Shown in pieces: positions 50,306 to 62,430 of a stretch of DNA of 64,000 bases (its first letter is position 1; every line of letters begins with the position of its first letter). The stretch comes from Lama glama (lineage: Eukaryota). The notes under the pieces are model-generated. The model did no database searches, was not told the origin of the DNA, and saw only the letters and a list, made by a program, of their open reading frames with translations. The position numbers were made by a program, and so were the translations under genes. The stretch is from assembly GCA_028534125.1 (NCBI GenBank), contig CM052818.1, positions 6,016,001 through 6,080,000 of the forward strand, read 5' to 3'.

Positions 50306-50723
50306 ATTGCGAATTAAGTCCTCATGGAGGTATTCTGTCCCTCGCTGGATTCTGAAAGAGCCTTAAGTGTTGACTTGTTGCTATTTTTATCTCCAACACC
50401 AAAGAGAAGGTGCTGGTGATGTTTCTGGATCCCCTGATTCATTTGTTCAGTGATATTCTTTTCTTATCGCTCCTTGGGGCCCTTCATATGTTCTCTGTTT
50501 TCCAGAAAACTGGCTTCAGGAGTTGCAATCTGCACAGTAGAGCTGCTCCTTACAAACCACGTGCATCTTAGGACCTCTTTGGAGCACTGATAAATGTGAC
50601 AAGGTCTATGAAATACTTATCAATAATGGACATAAAACAATTTTATGTCAGTGTTCTTTGTACTTCAGTGATAATCTGTCTGGAACACACTGTCTGAAAT
50701 GCCAACCCAGATCAAATCCCTTT

Positions 50724-51262
50724 TGTATTTGTTATCTATTGCTGCATAACAAATTATTCCAAATTTTAGTGGTTTAAAATGCCAAAAATGATTTTTCTGG
50801 GCACCCCTCTGTTCCTGTGTGTCAGGAATTCAGGTGAGCTTGGCTGAGCAGTTCTGGCTCAGGGTCTCTCCTGAGGTTGCATCAGATGTCAGCCTTGGCT
50901 GCCACCATCTGAAAGCTTAACTGGGGCTGGAGGATTTTGTTTGAAGTAACTCACTTACATGATTGGCAAGTGATGCTGGCTATTGGCAGAAGGCCTCAGT
51001 TCCTCTCCCCATGGGCGCCTCCACAGAGCCGCATGGATATCTTCACAGCAGGGCAGCTGGCTTCCCCCAGAGCAAGGGATCCAAGAGACTCAGACATAAG
51101 CTTCAATATGTACATGTTTTTGGCTGAGCCTTGAAAGTCACACACTCTCACTTCTGCTGTGTTCTACTGGTCACACAGACCTGCCCTGATTCAAAGTGGG
51201 AGGGGTTACAAGGATCAAGGAAGATCTTCCTGGAGGCTTTACTGGGTGTTGCTCCAATTCCT
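50724..51262 (-). mobile_element. MLT1H-like MaLR solo LTR
   Basis: tgtatttgttatctattgctgcataacaaatta; ggctcagggtctctcctgaggttgca; catctgaaagcttaactggggctggagga; aggcctcagttcctctcc; aagtcacacactctcacttctgc. Confidence 0.88.
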
Positions 51263-51393
51263 GTTGTGAGGCAGTGTATGGTCTTCACCCAGAGATCCGA
51301 TTGCCCAAGCCTAGGGATTAGCTGGAAGAGGCCCAGCCACTTAAATTCATGAGGTTTTGTGATCCTAACGAAATCCATCTAGGAGTCTACAGT

Positions 51394-51482
51394 TCATTCA
51401 TTTACTTCACTAAATACATCCTGAGCATTTGTTATACGCTAGGCACATTTCTAGGTGGTTGGGAAACATCAGAGAGCAAAAT
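51394..51482 (-). mobile_element. L2 3' tail
   Basis: ttcattcatttacttcactaaatacatcctgagcatttgttatacgctaggcacatttctagg. Confidence 0.7.
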
Positions 51483-51639
51483 TAAACAACGGCCAACATT
51501 CATTCATCATCTGCCTTCCTTCTAGACTTTGAAAAGGAGATTGACATCCAGTTTCTGGGCTCGCAAGTCATTCTGCTAATTCCAGAATCCAGCCTTCATA
51601 CATGTGAAACCAAAACAGCAATAACATCAACTGTTATTA

Positions 51640-51880
51640 TTATATAAAGAAAATTTGTATGACATTTACTATGTGCCAGATGTGTGCTAAGCAGTTTACA
51701 TTTATTGTATCATTGGATACTCTTTAGCAGCTCTATGAAGTAAGTACTATTATCATCAGCATTTTATTTGCAAATGAGGAACCCAAAGCTTAGGTAAATA
51801 ACTTGTGCAAAGTCATACAGTTACTGAGTGGAAGATCTGGGACTTAACCTAAAACTCTTACATCATATCTGTGTTCTTCA
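51640..51880 (-). mobile_element. MIR SINE, near full length
   Basis: catttactatgtgccagatgtgtgctaagc, ctctatgaagtaagtactattatc, aatgaggaa, aataacttgtgcaaagtcatacagtta. Confidence 0.85.
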
Positions 51881-51901
51881 AGTTGATGAATCATCCCCTA
51901 G

Positions 51902-52116
51902 CAGATGCTGAAACTCAAATGCCTCCAGAGACCAGGTAAGAGGTATAAGGGGAGAGAGCTCATGAGACAATAGTGGGTAGTGAAGACATTGGCGAGCTGT
52001 CGACTCATATCTGTCTCAAGGCATGAAAGTTCACATTTCTCTAAAACACTGCACTGGCCAAATAAAATACATCCCAGGGCCAGATTCAGCTCGCAAGACC
52101 CAGGTTCGAAACTTAG
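51902..52116. mobile_element. MER102-like hAT-Charlie MITE
   Basis: aaactcaaatgcctccagagaccagg, gacaatagtgggtagtgaagac, aaaacactgcactggccaaataaaatacatc, ggccagattcagctcgc. Confidence 0.75.
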
Positions 52117-52264
52117 ATATCATACGTTAAATTCAATTAATTTCTCAGTCACAAGAATCTTTAACAATCTTATACAGCTTGGTTTTCATCCAAAGTTTAT
52201 ATTTAAAATATTGGTTTCTCATGACGAATAAGACATGGAAGGCAGAAAATGACTAAAACTTCAA

Positions 52265-52385
52265 TCTTCATTTATTCATTGAACAAATACTTATTCAGGG
52301 ACTTCTACACGCTAAGCTCTGGGGACAAAGCAAATGACATAAAAGATGTTACTTCTGTCCTCTGAGAACTTAGGTCTAGTTAGCA
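52265..52385 (-). mobile_element. L2 3' tail
   Basis: ttcatttattcattgaacaaatacttattcagg...gctaagctctggggacaaag...cttctgtcctctgagaacttaggtctagt. Confidence 0.75.
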
Positions 52386-53000
52386 AACTTTGCATCAGTA
52401 CTCAAGAGGGGACACACAATGTTTCTCAAACTTACTTTAATATTTTGCAAGACCTAACTGTTCCAAGGAAAAGACTTTGGGAAGTACTTTGCCTTTAACC
52501 AAGAGATGGACAGCACATTAGCTGAGCAGATATACTCGATCTGGCCAGCAGGGCAATTTATAAAGCTTTTGGAAATGTCTTTAGGAATGGCTTGCACTCT
52601 GCTGTTGGACACAGACTCCACCATCATCTATTGGACATCATCTGTCCTGCTTCAAATGTTCATACTGCCTAATGGCTCCTGAATGTGTTTGCATTTATAG
52701 CCCCCTTGCACAACACAGAATTCCTGTTCTTCTGAAGTCCTACTGGCATCTCAGGAAAAACTAAGAAAGAATGAAATTTGGTGATTTAAATATTCCAAGT
52801 GGAGATAAAGCCTGGGCGATGACTGGGAAGCAAGGAAGTACATGCCAAACTAGGAAAGCAGCAGAGAGCCGAGGCATCTCTGTGCAACAGAAGGAAGCAG
52901 AAATGTTGTCATGGGAAAATGACGTGGGAGACAAACCCACAGGCAATAAAATGAGATCCATGCCACCCTGGAGGGAAGTTGAAACAGAACTCCTCGAAGA

Positions 53001-53199
53001 TAAGACTGCCAGATAAAATACAGAATTTCCAGTTATATTTGAATTTCAGATAAAAAAATGACGAAATCTTTTTTAGCATAACTATGTCCCAAGTATTGCA
53101 CAGGGCACACTTATATTAAAAAAAATTAGTGGGTGTTTATTTGAAGTTCACATCTCACTAGATGTTATGGATTTTTATTTGCTAAATCTGGCAACTCTA
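53001..53199. mobile_element. MER53 palindromic hAT MITE, full length
   Basis: tgccagataaaatacag...tttgaatttcagataaa...tttttagcataactatgtcccaagtattgca...cacttatattaaaaaaa...gtttatttgaagttca...tttttatttgctaaatctggcaactcta; near-palindromic. Confidence 0.92.
53072..53120 (-). ncRNA. Candidate miR-1302-like hairpin (MER53-derived); expression unknown
   Basis: Minus strand of 53072-53092 reads TTGGGACATAGTTATGCTAAA, versus recalled mature miR-1302 UUGGGACAUACUUAUGCUAAA; it pairs with the opposite MER53 arm. Confidence 0.35.
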
Positions 53200-54339
53200 C
53201 TCAAGGGACAACTAGCCGGTGGCTTGGCAGCAACTTGCAGATTTAATTTTTTTCTAATGTGAAGGAAAGGAACTAGTGGACATCGCCCACATTTAGATGC
53301 TCTGCTCAGTGGCCTGTTTCAGGCTGTAAATGCTGTTGGATTCTGCAACCATCAGAAATGCAAGGAGGCTGAAGTTCAGCTATTTGAGAGCAGAATCAAT
53401 GGCTTTGGGCCTGGGAGGGGAACTTACAAGCTATGTAGTCCTACTCCCTGCAGGAATCTTACAGAAATGGCTAAAGTAGTGGCTTAATTATAACCAGATT
53501 GAAAAATATCACTGCATAGGGGTGGCGGGGGGACATAGGTCCCTGGACCTGTATTTTGCTCCTGGACAAAGAAGAAATCTTCAGAGGCTGGTTCTACTGA
53601 ATACCAGGCCAAATCCTGGCCAACAGCCAGAGGAATAAAATTGTCAGGCAGCTATACTTTCTTCTAGATGCTTGGGAAAAAACAGAAAGCATTTTGTTCA
53701 TGATTAAGTTTTGCTATAAAAGTATATCTAATTCCACAGAAATGTATGCGTCTTCAAAAACACAATCTTGGTTGTTTCTTAGACCAAGGACTTTTCCCCC
53801 ATTGGAATGAGGATCACTGCTGCACTTTAAAATTAAGTTGGGATCCTTTAAAGAGAATTCTCATTATGGTGATCCATCATCCTCAAGGACTTTCATAAAC
53901 AAAAGGGAGTATCACTGTGCAAAGGTTTCTTTCCTGAACACAGTGATATTTGAGCTGCAGCAGTTTAAAAAAATCAGACTCTCTCCTTAGGAAATTCCAA
54001 CAGGAAAGAACAAAGGTTGCAGAGAGTTTTCAGGGCCAATTCTGTCCATTTCTTATCCGGACAGAGGAAATGTACAGGACACGGGAAGCTATGTATCTTT
54101 AATTTCCATTCTTTACTGATTGCTTTTTCCCTGAAGCTCACTGGGGCTTTCATGTGGATGTGCTAGGGGTGCACAGAGGTGTGTCTGAGTGTTTGTGTGT
54201 ATACACATAGGTGTGCGTATGGGTGTGTGATAAATACATTTTGTTCTATCATTTTGTATGATATTGAGACTTACTCCTTTGCACTTTTTTTTTTGGTATT
54301 CAGGGAAACACAAACATAAATATTCTCATACTTGGATCT

Positions 54340-54680
54340 TGTGATGGTTAATTTTATGTGTCAACTTGGCTAGGCCACAGTACCTAGATATTTGGTCAAA
54401 TACCAGTTGGAGGTCACTGTGAAGGTATTTTTTTACACAGAGACAAACATTTAAAGCGGTAGACTCTGAGTAAAATTACTCTATGTAATGTGGGTGGGCC
54501 TTGTCCAATCAGTTGAAAACCTTAAATGAAATAGACTGAAGTCTCCTGAGGAAGAGTGCATTTTGCCAGCAGACTTCCTTGACTCAGGCTATAGCATCTT
54601 CAGGCTTGCCAGCTTCCATAATCATGTGGGCCAATCTCTTACAATAAATCTCCAGTTAAGTACACACAAACACAAATACA
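54340..54680 (+). mobile_element. MLT2B-like ERVL solo LTR
   Basis: tgtgatggttaattttatgtgtcaacttggctaggccacagtacc; gtagactctgagtaaa; taatgtgggtgggcctt; caatcagttgaa; cataatcatgtgggccaat...aataaatctc. Confidence 0.9.
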
Positions 54681-57425
54681 GGTCGTCTCCCCCAAATTTT
54701 ATCAAATAAGATGCCACATTCTGTTTTATATTATGTAATCAGTTCCTGAAATCCTTGTGGAATCTTCTGAGCTCTCTACGGCTTTCTGGGAGGATGCATG
54801 CAGAAGCCCACTTTTATACTCAGCCTTGGCCAGAGGTCTCAAGGAGCTGGACAGGTCCCTTCCTTCCTTCTTTTTGCCACTTTACCCAGGAAGCATGAAT
54901 TCACCTACAAACACACCTTCTCCCCCACAGCCTGGAGCTTGGGTTCTAGCATCAGAAACAGGACAGGGAGTATATCTGCAATGCCATCCACGAGGCCAAC
55001 GCTGCTACTCTCACTGTACATGTGAAGTTTCTGCACAGCTGCAAGCTTCAAGGGAGCCTCCGTGTGAGGGAGAGGAGCGGCAGGCTGGATCCCAAGCTCT
55101 CCAGAAACTCCAGGGCCATGAATCAGAATTCAGTTCTTGGTGCTGAATTGAAGACCCTCCATGAGGACCACAGAGCCAGGCAAGGGGATGAGTGAGAGTC
55201 TGTGAGGAGGCCCCCTTGGATGACATCCCTGTTACGCAGATGGCGTTAGACAGTTATGCTCAGTAACTAGGGAACGCAGAATCACATGTGTCCTCGGTGT
55301 GTTCAAATCCACCAGTGAGGTTGGCCCAAACGCTCATGTTCTACTTCCCTAGGCATGGGTATCAAAGTTAGTGCAGGCCCCTCGACACCATAATCCATTA
55401 TCAAAAACTGAAAGCAGCTGGCTGGATTTCTAAACTTTCTACATAGACAAACGCATCTGGTCCCAGTTTGCTGCAAAGAAATCAGTTTCGTCCTTTCTCA
55501 CAGCTCAGCTACAGAAAGCAATGCAGCAGCCGGGTTCCCCAGATAAAGGAGCGTGGTGCTGGTCTTAAGGCTTCATTCATGCTGAGGAATTTGCTGCCAT
55601 TCCCACTGCCAATGTCATTCTACCTCCTGCCTGGGGGCCCCAGCCAAGCAGGGACCCAAACACCCCACCAGTTCAGAGCGAGGAGGCTGGGAACCAGCAA
55701 AGCAGCTTCAGCCCCTCGGAGACATCTCTGCACAGATCATGTGTACAAAGGGAAAAAATATCATTTGTAATGGACTGTCTTGGTTTTTTAGGGTTGTGAG
55801 AAGCTGAAGTATCGACTAACTTTCCGTTCATTTCAAAGGCAGGGCTCAGCCATAATTTATCCCTTTGATTCCACTGACCATCAGCAGTTGTGGCCATTTT
55901 CTGCCTGGCTGCGGAGCACAGTTAAATGATGATGTCCTTACCCCCCTTTGACTTCTCTTCCAGCCTGCTTCAGCAGTCTCACCCAGGCACTTCCTGTCTC
56001 CCCAGCTCCACTGTCTGGCACTCATTTCAGACAAGTCAATATGTTTAAATTATATCTGAACTCAAGGTAATTAATCATAAAGCTTTATGCTTTGTAATGT
56101 GTTTTTTTTTAACTTCTGGTTGGCATTCCACTGAATCACAATTAAAAAGAAAATGCTATCCGTGATGCATTCTGAACGTCCCATAAATGCTCAGGCTGGG
56201 AATCCTTTCTGGACAAACACAGGAGCACATTGAAAACCTCTGCTCTTTTAGGGATCTAAATAAGAGGGTCAAGATGGCATTTCGAGAAATGTTGAGCAGA
56301 TCAAAGGAAAGACCCATAAGAGCTGGGTCCCAGTGCACAGAAACAATCTAATTTGAAAACATGAAAGTCAGGTGATGAGTTGTCTCTTTAATGCATTTTG
56401 CAAACATAGCAAAGACTTTGAAGCTCACTGCATAATTATGCCACAGGACTATACTGGATACACGTTACTGAGGATTGATAGGTTCTTGCTTCAAACAAAC
56501 CGTGGTCTCCTCTGGTTTTAATGGCAGCCTTGTAGCTCAGGACCCTGGCATTAAGTTTCATCATTTGTATCTAGTCTGAGGCTGTTCTGCATAACATGTA
56601 ACGGTTCCCAGCTCCCTCGAGGGTGGACTGGCATTCAGGTTCCCACCCGTCCATGAAGACTTCCCTAACTAGAAAGTAGATGATGACTGCCACCTAAGAC
56701 ACCTCAAAGATGATAAGGAAAAGGTACACCTAGGGTTCAGATAAATGCAGCTGGAGATCATTGAGAGATACAACCTTCCAAAATAGATCATCAATTTAGA
56801 CACATCTCAGAATTTATAAAAATTATATATACCATTGTATTGGTGTTTTAATCAGGAAGAGTCTTAACACAGAGAAGCAGGTGCTTTCAAAATCTCTGGA
56901 TGAGCTGAAGGCCTGGGCCTTCTGGAATGACTCCCAGAACCATCTAGTGATGGTCAGATGTGGCTACGGCAGGCCAGCAGCACATCTCTTTCAAGTATGA
57001 TTTGTCTGACTGGTCTCAGTACCATCTTCATATCATGTAGGCCTTGATATTACTACAAAAAGCAAGAACAAAAATAACAAGCAAACAAACAAAAAACTTT
57101 CAGCCAAACACCCATGCACATCCTCCAAGGCCAATTTTTTTCTATGATTCTTGCTTTCCTGAGGTTGGCACTCTAAGACACATACGCAACTGAAAACACA
57201 ATTTATCTAATGTCAAAGACAGACAGTATAGGGAGGCTAACAGTATGTATTTATCTGGGCAGATCCCAAAGGATGATCTACATTTTAAAGTTCAACATGG
57301 GTCTACATTCTACTCACAGCACTGCCATGAGAATTAGCAAGCAAACACTGGTTAGTCTCAAGCCAAAATATTAACTGCATTCTTGATCATCTTTTGAGAC
57401 ATGAGGGGGTATTAATTGTATTCTA

Positions 57426-57810
57426 GGGCAGGTGTGAACAAATTATCACCATGGTTATTTCTGACAAATGTTTACTGGGACACAGCTATGTCTTTCTATT
57501 TGTTATTTTTTTTTTATTGAGTTATAGTCAGTTTACAGTGTTGTGTCAATTTCTGGTGTACAGCACAAGGCTTCAGCCATACATGGATACATTCATTTTC
57601 TTATTCTTTCTCACTGTAAGCTACTACAAGATATTCAATATATTTCCCTGTGCTATATGGTATGAACTTGTTCATCTGTCTACTTGTTACTAACAACTGC
57701 TTTTCCACACCAATGGCAGGACTGAGTGGTTGCAACAGGGCCAGCATAGCCCCACAAAACCTAAAATATTTACTATCAACTCCCTTTAGGGAAAAGCCCC
57801 CCGACTTCTG
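57426..57810. mobile_element. MER58A-like MITE split by an L1 insertion
   Basis: tttactgggacacagctatg [L1] ctgcttttccacaccaatggcaggactgagtggttgcaacag...cctaaaatatttactatc...ccgacttctg. Confidence 0.8.
57506..57674 (-). mobile_element. Young lineage-specific L1 3' end with TSD
   Basis: Poly-T then attgagttatagtcagtttacagtgttgtgtcaatttctggtgtacagca...ctacaagatatt...ttccctgtgctata; flanks tctttctatttgtta (57491-57505) and tctgtctacttgtta (57675-57689). Confidence 0.85.
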
Positions 57811-58062
57811 ATTTAGGGGTAGCAGAGACCATCTACAAGATTCACAGATGTTCTCAATATCAGTACAGATTGCTACAAATCAGTTGTTCCCATACCATTC
57901 AAACAATGAGTAACAATGCAGAATCATGCTTCCACAAGAAAAAAAGGTATGTGGCATTTTCCCATCTAACAATACAGATTTGCTTTTCTACTATCTTTGG
58001 CCTGAGCAGGAAGCTCTTAAAAATGCTGGCTAGCAAAGGCAGGCCCAAAAGAGCTTAGCTTT

Positions 58063-58198
58063 CTAGATCCAGTAAAATTTTTTGCAATAATAGAAAGGTT
58101 CTACCTCTGTGCTAAAACTAAAATTTTAATTTTATTTAATTAATTTTAATTAAAACAGACACAAATTTCTAATAGCTACTGTACTGGACAGTGCAGTT
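58063..58198. mobile_element. MER3/MER33-like MITE (internally deleted)
   Basis: tgcaataatagaaaggttcta...tgtgct; ttttaattttatttaattaatttt; tagctactgtactggacagtgcag. Confidence 0.7.
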
Positions 58199-60119
58199 TT
58201 AAGTTATAACCTATGTTCTCCAGGTCTATGGTTTTACTAACATCTTGTTTAAAGATAATAGATTTTAATGTAATTGATAGGATTATGGACAGACTCACAA
58301 ATCAAAAAAGATTTCAAAAATATTTTATCAAAAGGCACCTGAGTAAGTCTCATATAAACAATCAACACATGAAAAATAGCCTCTTATTAGCAGCCCATAG
58401 AATCCAAATTGTGAGGGCAGTGAAATCTGGTAGAGCAGACGGGTACCCTTAGGCCTCAGTGTTGAAAACATTTTCATCCTTTTGAAGACTCTGCTTTCTA
58501 GGGCTGTGGGTCTCCTTCACATGGACTGGCATTCAAGACTTTAATTTAGTTCATAAACAAATCTTTTAAATCACTGATCTAAGTATTCATCTTTACTGCC
58601 CACATTTTCCTTTCTGCCTCACATCATCTTTATTAGTTAGCTTTTGATTCTCCTGTTAATTTAAGTGCTGTTTTTCTCATTTGGACAGTCGATAATTTGG
58701 GGAAAGTTACTTCAAATCTGTTTTTCATCATCCACCATTACCCCAATAGAAACATTAATTCTGGGTTTGAACAGACAGTTCATTTCATTTTGCTCTACTC
58801 TATCTTTCTGGATGTGAAAGAAACAGACTGGAAACTCCCAACATAACCACTCAGGACTAACTCGAAGGAAGATGAGGAGTGACAACTCAGCTGCCAGCTC
58901 CCCTTGTCCCAGGCTCACATATCTGTCAGATGTATGGGATACAGCTGGACATCCTGGCTTTGCACCTGCCACATGGACCCCGTGTGGCTAGGAATGTCAG
59001 CTTAGATCTGAGATGGAGTCAAGGAACGGAGACACGGCAGAAGTCTGTGTGGTACCTGAGACACCTCATACAATCACCTCCACCTCATCCTTTGTCAAAT
59101 CTCAAACATGCTCCAGAGCCATAACTATGTCACAAAATGCCAAGCTGCCATGTTTGGCACCCAGACAACAAAAAGTTGCCCCTGTGGCACTGAATAAGTT
59201 CTGTGGCTCTGTCCAGTTGTAAGGCCATTTGTTCCCACTGAAACTTAAAGTCTAAGACAGGAAGAAATGTCCTTGGGTCTGTTTGATTATGGGTGATATT
59301 GTTTCTTTTTCCATGAGGGGACATTGTCAAGGTGAACTAGACTGAACATGGCAGTGCTAGATGATACAGTTGCCCAAACTTCAGTTGACAATTATTGCAA
59401 CAGTCTCCTTCTAGGATAAGGACTTCTCAAGGGAATCCCTTGCATCTGAGTCTAAAAATGATGGAGAAATCCAGAAAGCTCTAGAACAGAATAACAGAAG
59501 AGTCCTTGGCAGCAACACTGTCCACTGATGTTAGAACATGAGAAGTCCCTTTTTCCACCACCCCAGTTAGAAATCTAAGGGGCATTGACCAAGCCCATCA
59601 CTGATAATCTTATTTCAGAGCATAAGCCATGACTTGAAGGCCCTCAAAGGGATGGTTTCACTCCATAGCAGCCTAGAACTCTTGTCTTAAGTGTAATAGT
59701 AACCATGGAAAGTCAAAACCACCAGTCCACCCGGGTTCCAATAATAAACAAAATGTACACGTGATGGATGTGATTTTGTACTGTGACTATTCTACATTCG
59801 CCACGGCAGTGCAAGTTTCCAGAACTATCGTTGGCTGGAATTTTGGTCTAAACTGATCAGTCACGGTCCTGAAATTCACTATAATCAGAGTAACCAATAC
59901 TCCTGTGTTTCTGCCAATTGTGCTACTGTGTAGACAAACCATGGTTGATAAGATTGGCTTAGTTGCAACTGAAATAGTCCCCCATGGGCTATATTGCCAC
60001 ATGCAAAAAGACCTTGTAGTTTTTGTCAAGGCAGAGATGCTTGCTAAATTCCAGTGCTACTGTATCTGACCCATGTTTCCTCTGGACTTTCACCCAGGGA
60101 AAGCTCCTCAGTGTGGGTA

Positions 60120-60300
60120 ACTATGGTATGAGAAAGATCACTTGAAATCAGAGGATCCACAACCCAAAAGGCTCTTACTTGTCTGTCCTTCAGTTTCCTT
60201 ATTTGTAAAAAACTACCTTACAAGTTGTTTTAGGAATCAAACAAGATAACATAAATGTTCCTGTTGCATGGTGAGTAATTAAAAAGTATCAACTATAAAA
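60120..60300 (+). mobile_element. MIR (degraded)
   Basis: cttcagtttccttatttgtaaaa...ctaccttacaagttgttttaggaatcaaacaagataa. Confidence 0.65.
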
Positions 60301-60706
60301 TGTCATGCTTTTATGATTGAATTGGAAGAGGCTATATGATGTCAATCAAAAATTTATACCAAAACCGATTGTTTTTAAACTTCTCATGTCTGGAAATAAA
60401 ACTTCCTACCTTCAACCTTTTCTTAAGCCACACAAGCAATATTCATTCTGGCTGCTCCATCTTAAAGTGTGTGTATAAAGTTAGCCTTAATATTTTAAGG
60501 ATGAGACTTGTCCCTGTGGTTCACTAGAAACTTATTTCCTGCTGTTGTTACAGTAATCAATTTTCCCAAAGGCACATGATATAAAAGAAGTCACTATGTA
60601 GCTAAATCAGCCTGCAGCTAACATAAACGAAATCCTCAGATGAACATTCAAATTTGAATCCATTTTATTGTTACTTCTTCAACCAGCATCATATTCACTT
60701 GCCCTG

Positions 60707-61098
60707 TGTTATGTGTTGAACTGCATCCCTCCCACGAATTCATTTTTTGAAATTCTAACTCCTAGTGACTCAGAAGGTTACCTTATTTGGAGATAGAGTC
60801 TTTATAGAGGTTATCAAGTTAAAATGAGGTCATTTGGGTGGCCCCTAATTCAATGACTGGCATCTGTATTAAAAGGGGGAAATCTGGAGACAGATAAACA
60901 GGGAGAACGCCAGGTGAAGACAAAGGCAGAATTTGGGGTGATGCTTCTTCAAGCCAAGGAATGCCAGGATTGCCAGCAAACTAGGAGAGAGGCATGGAAC
61001 TTTCTCCTAGCCCTAGAAGAAACGAACCCTGTCGACAACTGGATTTCAAACTTGTAGCCCCCAGAACTTTGTCACAGCAGCCACAGCAAACCAGTACA
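60707..61098 (+). mobile_element. MLT1C-like MaLR solo LTR
   Basis: tgttatgtgttgaactgcatccc; accttatttggagatagagtcttt; aagttaaaatgaggtcatt; caagccaaggaatgcca; ends cagcagccacagcaaaccagtaca. Confidence 0.9.
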
Positions 61099-61149
61099 TT
61101 CTGCAAGGGTTGTCCTCTAACAGACGGAGGTAGGAAAGGCATGAGGAGA

Positions 61150-61372
61150 AAGAACTAACAGTTCTTGAGTACACACTTTATTTCAGGAGTTTCACGTTGT
61201 TATGTTATTTAATCTTCATCATAACCCTGCAGAGTAGCTGTCACCTCCATTTTGCAGATTAAGAAACTGAAGCTCAGAGAATTTAGGTAACTTACATAAT
61301 ATTCTGCAGGTAGCAAATAGCAAAACCAAGCTATGGAGCCATGCCTGACTCTGAAGACTCGTGCTGTCCCCA
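61150..61372 (-). mobile_element. MIR SINE
   Basis: atttaatcttcatcataaccctgc...ccattttgcagattaagaaactgaagctcagagaatttaggtaactt. Confidence 0.85.
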
Positions 61373-62174
61373 CTTCCTCATTTTGCCATCTGACCCTTGA
61401 GATGGAGTCTCATGTCATCTCTAGACAGTTCAAAACTCCTGCTCTCTTGTATTTTCCTGGTAGAAGTTAAATTTCCTGATCAAACTTCTCCTTATATTTA
61501 CACTACCTGGAAGCTACACCAACTTCAAAAGAGAAGATGATGGTTTCAGTTTGACATCATTTTCTGGTTGTATGACCATTTTCCAGTCAGCTCAACTGTA
61601 ATCAGTTTCCTTTCTCAAAGAAAGCAAAACTGAGTACTTTCTAATTTTTCCCAGAGTTTGAGATTGGCACTGTGATGGAAAATGGCTAAACCATGAGAAG
61701 GGAGTTGAAATACAGTTTCTGATGGGCTTAAATAGCACAATGCAATCTGGAGATCTTTTATATTAAACCCAGTATCGGAATTCACCCAGTCTCCGCTTGG
61801 AATTCCAAGTATGTTTCGTACTTGGAATCCAGAGAAACACGTGTGCTGTGTTCCTGCTCCCACTCTCGTGTGTTAATTTGGGCTGGGAGGGCTTTGGGTG
61901 GGTAGGGGAAGGGAGAAATGTATTAGCTTTGTCTCTCGTCTACACAGTGAGAGTTTCTATGGAGACCTGTTGGAAGGCAAGCAGGAGAAAACATAAGACA
62001 GGAAAGCTCCTTCCTACCATATACCAAAGTTTGTGCAATTTTGGCCACATAGCTCAACGTCAGTTTTTGGGGGGGGAAAGAAGACACAGAAGGCTAAGAG
62101 AGCTATAAAGACAACTGTCCTCCACTCTACATTAGCTTTCAAAGTGGTGGTGCTCCAGTGGGGAGCTGCCTGGA

Positions 62175-62430
62175 AAATGCAGTGGGGTGGTAAAATGGTT
62201 CAGAACACGGGCTTTGGAGTCAAAACTGGGTTCAGTTCCCAGGTCTTTATTTTCTGCAGGGTAAATATTTAACCTCACCAGGGTTTAATTGACTTATCTT
62301 CTTTGAAAAAGTGCCCAGGAGGGAAAGCTTCTCAATTCAAACTCCACAGGACTGGAAAAAAAATTAATTTGAATGATGCAATCTATGTAAAGGGCAAAGC
62401 ATGAAGTGGGTGCTCAAAACTGGCAGCTCC
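62175..62430 (+). mobile_element. MIR SINE (degraded)
   Basis: aatggttcagaacacgggctttggagtcaaaactgggttcagttccca...ctatgtaaag...aagtgggtgctcaa. Confidence 0.7.

Noticed and set aside
48311..61098. Intact endogenous retrovirus between LTRs
   Set aside because: The LTRs belong to different families and orientations, and there is no gag/pol/env internal sequence; they are solo LTRs.
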